Below are positions 63,901-64,000 of a stretch of DNA of 64,000 nt, piece after piece. Below the pieces are notes generated by a model. The model ran no database searches. It was not told the DNA's origin and saw only the letters and a list, made by a program, of their open reading frames with translations. Source of the stretch: Macrostomum hystrix (Eukaryota; Animalia; Platyhelminthes); assembly GCA_950097015.1 (NCBI GenBank), contig CATNEN010000024.1, positions 4,774,001 through 4,838,000 of the forward strand, given 5' to 3'. A program made the position numbers and the translations under genes. Each line of letters opens with the position of its first letter. Position 1 is the stretch's first letter.

Positions 63901-64000
63901 TTCGCATGCTGCTACACCACGCCATCAAATACGAATTTGGCGGCTGGCGCGTCTGGATCGATACTCTGGCCATTCTGCACTCCAAGGTGTCGCAGGAGGA
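38192..64000 (+). CDS. nbea: Neurobeachin/LRBA (rugose/sel-2) family BEACH protein, 5' part; runs off the window
   Basis: Phase-consistent GT-AG exons: 38192-39022, 39208-39312, 39884-40114, 41086-41181, 41271-41392, 43987-44233, 45313-45459, 46501-46889, 49049-49157, 50762-51074, 54898-55052, 55634-56015, 63670->64000. Recognised neurobeachin motifs: [95 protein letters not shown]. Confidence 0.95.
38372..38627 (+). repeat. Coding 45-bp repeat ([15 protein letters not shown] x ~5.5)
   Basis: In-frame tandem repeat inside exon 1. Confidence 0.93.
39208..39312 (+). CDS. nbea: Neurobeachin exon 2
   Basis: [22 protein letters not shown]; AG/GT. Confidence 0.9.
39455..39730. repeat. Minisatellite, ~33-bp unit CATTTTTAGGGTTTCCCAAGGTCATCAAAGACA
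   Basis: Direct periodicity, intron 2. Confidence 0.9.
39884..40114 (+). CDS. nbea: Neurobeachin exon 3
   Basis: [27 protein letters not shown]; GTGAGT donor. Confidence 0.92.
40150..41070. repeat. Minisatellite, 21-bp unit AAACCAACTGAAATCCACCTG
   Basis: Direct periodicity, fills intron 3. Confidence 0.95.
41086..41181 (+). CDS. nbea: Neurobeachin exon 4
   Basis: [32 protein letters not shown]; GTAAGT donor. Confidence 0.92.
41271..41392 (+). CDS. nbea: Neurobeachin exon 5
   Basis: [28 protein letters not shown]; GTGAGT donor. Confidence 0.94.
41473..43915. repeat. Minisatellite, 47-bp unit TGTCCCACTGGCTGTACATCTGCCACAACTGGGTTTGGTGTCATTTC (~52 copies)
   Basis: Direct periodicity, intron 5; source of the 801-aa and 656-aa ORFs. 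Confidence 0.98.
43987..44233 (+). CDS. nbea: Neurobeachin exon 6 (ConA-like/laminin-G region)
   Basis: [42 protein letters not shown]. Confidence 0.95.
44350..44550 (-). mobile_element. tRNA-derived SINE, family A
   Basis: On the - strand: A box TAGCCTAGAGG, B box GGTTCGATTCC, poorly pairing stems; body motif CTGCGTACGGCTGTTCAGT shared with ~55180 and ~56050. Confidence 0.7.
45313..45459 (+). CDS. nbea: Neurobeachin exon 7
   Basis: [33 protein letters not shown]. Confidence 0.93.
45505..46370. repeat. Pyrimidine-rich minisatellite, ~18-bp unit (CTCCTCTTGTCTCCCTC-like)
   Basis: Direct periodicity, intron 7. Confidence 0.93.
46501..46889 (+). CDS. nbea: Neurobeachin exon 8
   Basis: [52 protein letters not shown]. 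Confidence 0.95.
46990..47385. repeat. Minisatellite, 31-bp unit CAAGGTCATTTACGCCAACATTGGGGATTCT
   Basis: Direct periodicity, intron 8. Confidence 0.9.
47925..48246. repeat. Minisatellite, 23-bp palindromic unit GATAGCCATTGTAGGGCTATCAG
   Basis: Direct periodicity, ~14 copies; GATAGCC/GGCTATC stem in each unit. Confidence 0.95.
49049..49157 (+). CDS. nbea: Neurobeachin exon 9
   Basis: [36 protein letters not shown]. Confidence 0.92.
49186..50703. repeat. Minisatellite, 32-bp unit GAAGGACCAGTAGCTAATGGTGGGATGAAACT (~47 copies)
   Basis: Direct periodicity, fills intron 9. Confidence 0.98.
50762..51074 (+). CDS. nbea: Neurobeachin exon 10
   Basis: [42 protein letters not shown]; the acceptor position is the least certain boundary (weak pyrimidine tract). 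Confidence 0.88.
51205..52445. repeat. Minisatellite, 31-bp unit CTGGCTTATCCTAAATCGACTACTAAATAAT
   Basis: Direct periodicity, degenerate at the 3' end. Confidence 0.96.
52518..52565 (+). CDS. Candidate 48-nt cassette exon of neurobeachin ([16 protein letters not shown])
   Basis: T9CAG acceptor, GTAAAT donor, phase 1/1, no stop; not needed for alignment to family consensus. Confidence 0.4.
52708..54545. repeat. Minisatellite, 37-bp unit GGAATAGAATGGATTGCTAATCTATTCAGTGGGCTAA (~49 copies)
   Basis: Direct periodicity. Confidence 0.98.
54898..55052 (+). CDS. nbea: Neurobeachin exon 11
   Basis: [30 protein letters not shown]. Confidence 0.93.
55135..55565 (-). mobile_element. SINE family A copy interrupted by a SINE family B copy
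   Basis: Family A body at ~55150-55250 and head at ~55456-55562 (GGGGGTTCGATTC) separated by family B. Confidence 0.65.
55256..55450 (-). mobile_element. tRNA-derived SINE, family B, nested copy
   Basis: Homologous to 31736-31929; flanked by CCAAT direct repeats at 55251-55255 and 55451-55455. Confidence 0.7.
55634..56015 (+). CDS. nbea: Neurobeachin exon 12
   Basis: [45 protein letters not shown]; GTGAGT donor. Confidence 0.96.
56045..56255 (-). mobile_element. SINE family A, diverged copy
   Basis: GTCAGGAATCGAA.CCC.GACCTTCAAG head and TGCGCACGGCTGTTC body match 44350-44550. Confidence 0.6.
56838..57565. repeat. Compound minisatellite, ~34-bp TCTGCATCTGTCCGCATCTGCCTGTCTGTCTGTC
   Basis: Direct periodicity built from (TCTG)n. 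Confidence 0.93.
58625..61010. repeat. Minisatellite, 25-bp unit CTAGCCCTCCCTCACTATTTCTCCC
   Basis: Direct periodicity, with a variant unit and shorter deletion units at the 3' end. Confidence 0.98.
61818..63505. repeat. Minisatellite, 33-bp unit GATTGATATAAAGAGTGAATGCCTGTGAGTGAA (~51 copies)
   Basis: Direct periodicity; source of the 573-aa minus ORF. Confidence 0.98.
63670..64000 (+). CDS. nbea: Neurobeachin exon 13 (incomplete at window end)
   Basis: [58 protein letters not shown]. Confidence 0.96.

Overview
Eukaryotic (metazoan) genomic window, with no prokaryotic features. Dense intronic minisatellites, GC-rich exons and tRNA-derived SINEs suggest a Macrostomum-type flatworm; this is inference only. 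Three genes are well supported. (1) A single-exon Sp5/buttonhead-type zinc-finger gene (3075-4343, +) with a TATA promoter. (2) A 3-exon clathrin light chain gene (34988-31420, -). (3) The 5' part of a neurobeachin/LRBA (BEACH family) gene (38192 to >64000, +, 13 exons mapped), head-to-head with the clathrin light chain gene. A large part of the remaining sequence is about 27 distinct minisatellite arrays, which explain nearly all long ORFs in the six-frame track. Main second-look items: a perfect head-to-tail dimer of a 2528-bp non-autonomous Helitron (21465-26520) with canonical TC / hairpin-CTAG ends and an A|T target; an inverted pair of the same 17-bp minisatellite forming a 3.7-kb foldback-like structure; an eh1 (Groucho-type) motif in Sp5 plus candidate TCF/helper-site enhancers downstream; a candidate 48-nt cassette exon in neurobeachin; and candidate spliced antisense exons nested in neurobeachin introns. 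Exon and motif coordinates were hand-indexed; array edges are approximate.
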